Source: Lingula anatina (lineage: Eukaryota; Animalia; Brachiopoda). From it: a stretch of 64,000 nt of DNA. The notes beneath the pieces are model-generated. The model saw nothing but the letters and a program-made list of their open reading frames with translations. It was not told the DNA's origin and made no database searches. Positions within the stretch are counted from its first letter, which is position 1; every line of letters starts with the position of its first letter. The translations under genes were made by a program, and so were the position numbers. Location of the stretch: the NCBI GenBank assembly GCA_051362555.1, contig CM120646.1:19840001-19904000 (forward strand), read 5' to 3'. Positions 62,949-64,000 of the stretch are shown here, piece by piece.

Positions 62949-64000
62949 GCCGTCTGGAAGCACGTGCTTGAAAGCAAACGAATACGACGTAAAGAAGTTT
63001 GGCGAGGCTCTTTAAGAAAAATTCACTTAAGCCGGTTGCAAACCGGTTATGAATCGCTATTTTTGATATAAACTGGGTCTCTTTGTATATCGAGCGTTCT
63101 AAGTTAATTAGGCAGCGGCGTTTTGGGACCACACTGCTGATAGTATAGGCAGTGTACAATATATTTAAGATCATGGCTTGACTTGGGTGTTCGGCCATTA
63201 GAATTGCATAATGAAATCAACACCCATTTAACTTGTTGATGAAGTTGCACCAGGCCCGAGTTGTGTGAATCTTCCCTAGAAAACCAGGGGCTCAAGATCT
63301 GACCAGGAAGAAAAATTGTCGAGAAAAACATCGAGATAAGGATTTACGCAGTACGTAGAATGCCTCTTCAGTAAACAGCTAAAGATAAAGCAACACTGTT
63401 GCCCAAAGGTTACTACAAAGACCCAATACAATTCACTCATTGTACATGTTTCACGTACACCTACAGTGGCCTACCTGTTCACATTAAAATAAGCAAAGCA
63501 GACTTTATGATATAACCTTCGCGAAATTCACATAAATGCAAAGATGAAGAAATTCCTTTAGACAACAGTACGCGTCTGCTCGCAAATAGCAAAACAAAAT
63601 TCAATCCATCTATAAGCTTTTTTTAACTGGTACAAATATTTTACAGCGAAAAAGTCTTCAATGTTTCAAATGTGGTACTTTACAGTCATAAAATGGCCAA
63701 TTACGTTGGTCGACGTATTTGTATTTAACAACACTGTCTTTATACCATTGACCCACTCGCCTAATTCAAAGGAGAAAACACAAAACTTCATTTCTCTGGA
63801 GAACACCATTTTATTCGTTGTTAAAACACTTATGTTATTATCTTGCTTTGCTGAGATAAACAGTTGGCGTATCGTCACAACAGTCAACAAGTGATGAACT
63901 ATCTGAAAAGTCAAGGCCGAGATAAAAATAAGTGTTATGTGCAGTGAACGGTATTGCGTAGAATATCTTGGACTGCAGCCAAGGGGCATTATAGCGTCTT

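Overview
AT-rich, microsatellite-rich genomic DNA from an animal, most likely a marine invertebrate (the gene families fit a lophotrochozoan or invertebrate deuterostome); it is not prokaryotic. By reading splice sites by hand and checking reading-frame phase at each junction, I assembled six protein-coding genes, all on the minus strand. (1) An 11-exon, ~1240-aa multi-C2H2 zinc-finger gene (29580-22139). (2) A 4-exon, ~501-aa secreted protein: signal peptide, three Flamingo/CELSR-like cadherin repeats and two copies of an unrecognised six-cysteine domain that the ORF track shows only partly (34213-31304). (3) A ~253-aa single-pass membrane protein with PPxY and PTAP motifs (39532-36852). (4) A 201-aa single-pass membrane protein (46921-46316). 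(5) A 2-exon, ~1870-aa CUB/C-type lectin/LDLa/LRR GRL101-like GPCR with degenerate signalling motifs (57403-50196). (6) A 2-exon, 192-aa orphan secreted protein (62836-59710). Also present: a 5'-truncated L2/CR1-type LINE, several MITEs, a ~230-nt fold-back just after the zinc-finger stop codon, a tandemly triplicated splice donor, a dispersed ~380-bp repeat flanking the GPCR, a candidate structured small RNA, and candidate 5' exons of genes that extend outside the window. The first 19 kb holds no convincing protein-coding exon. No database searches were run; family assignments come from recognisable motifs.
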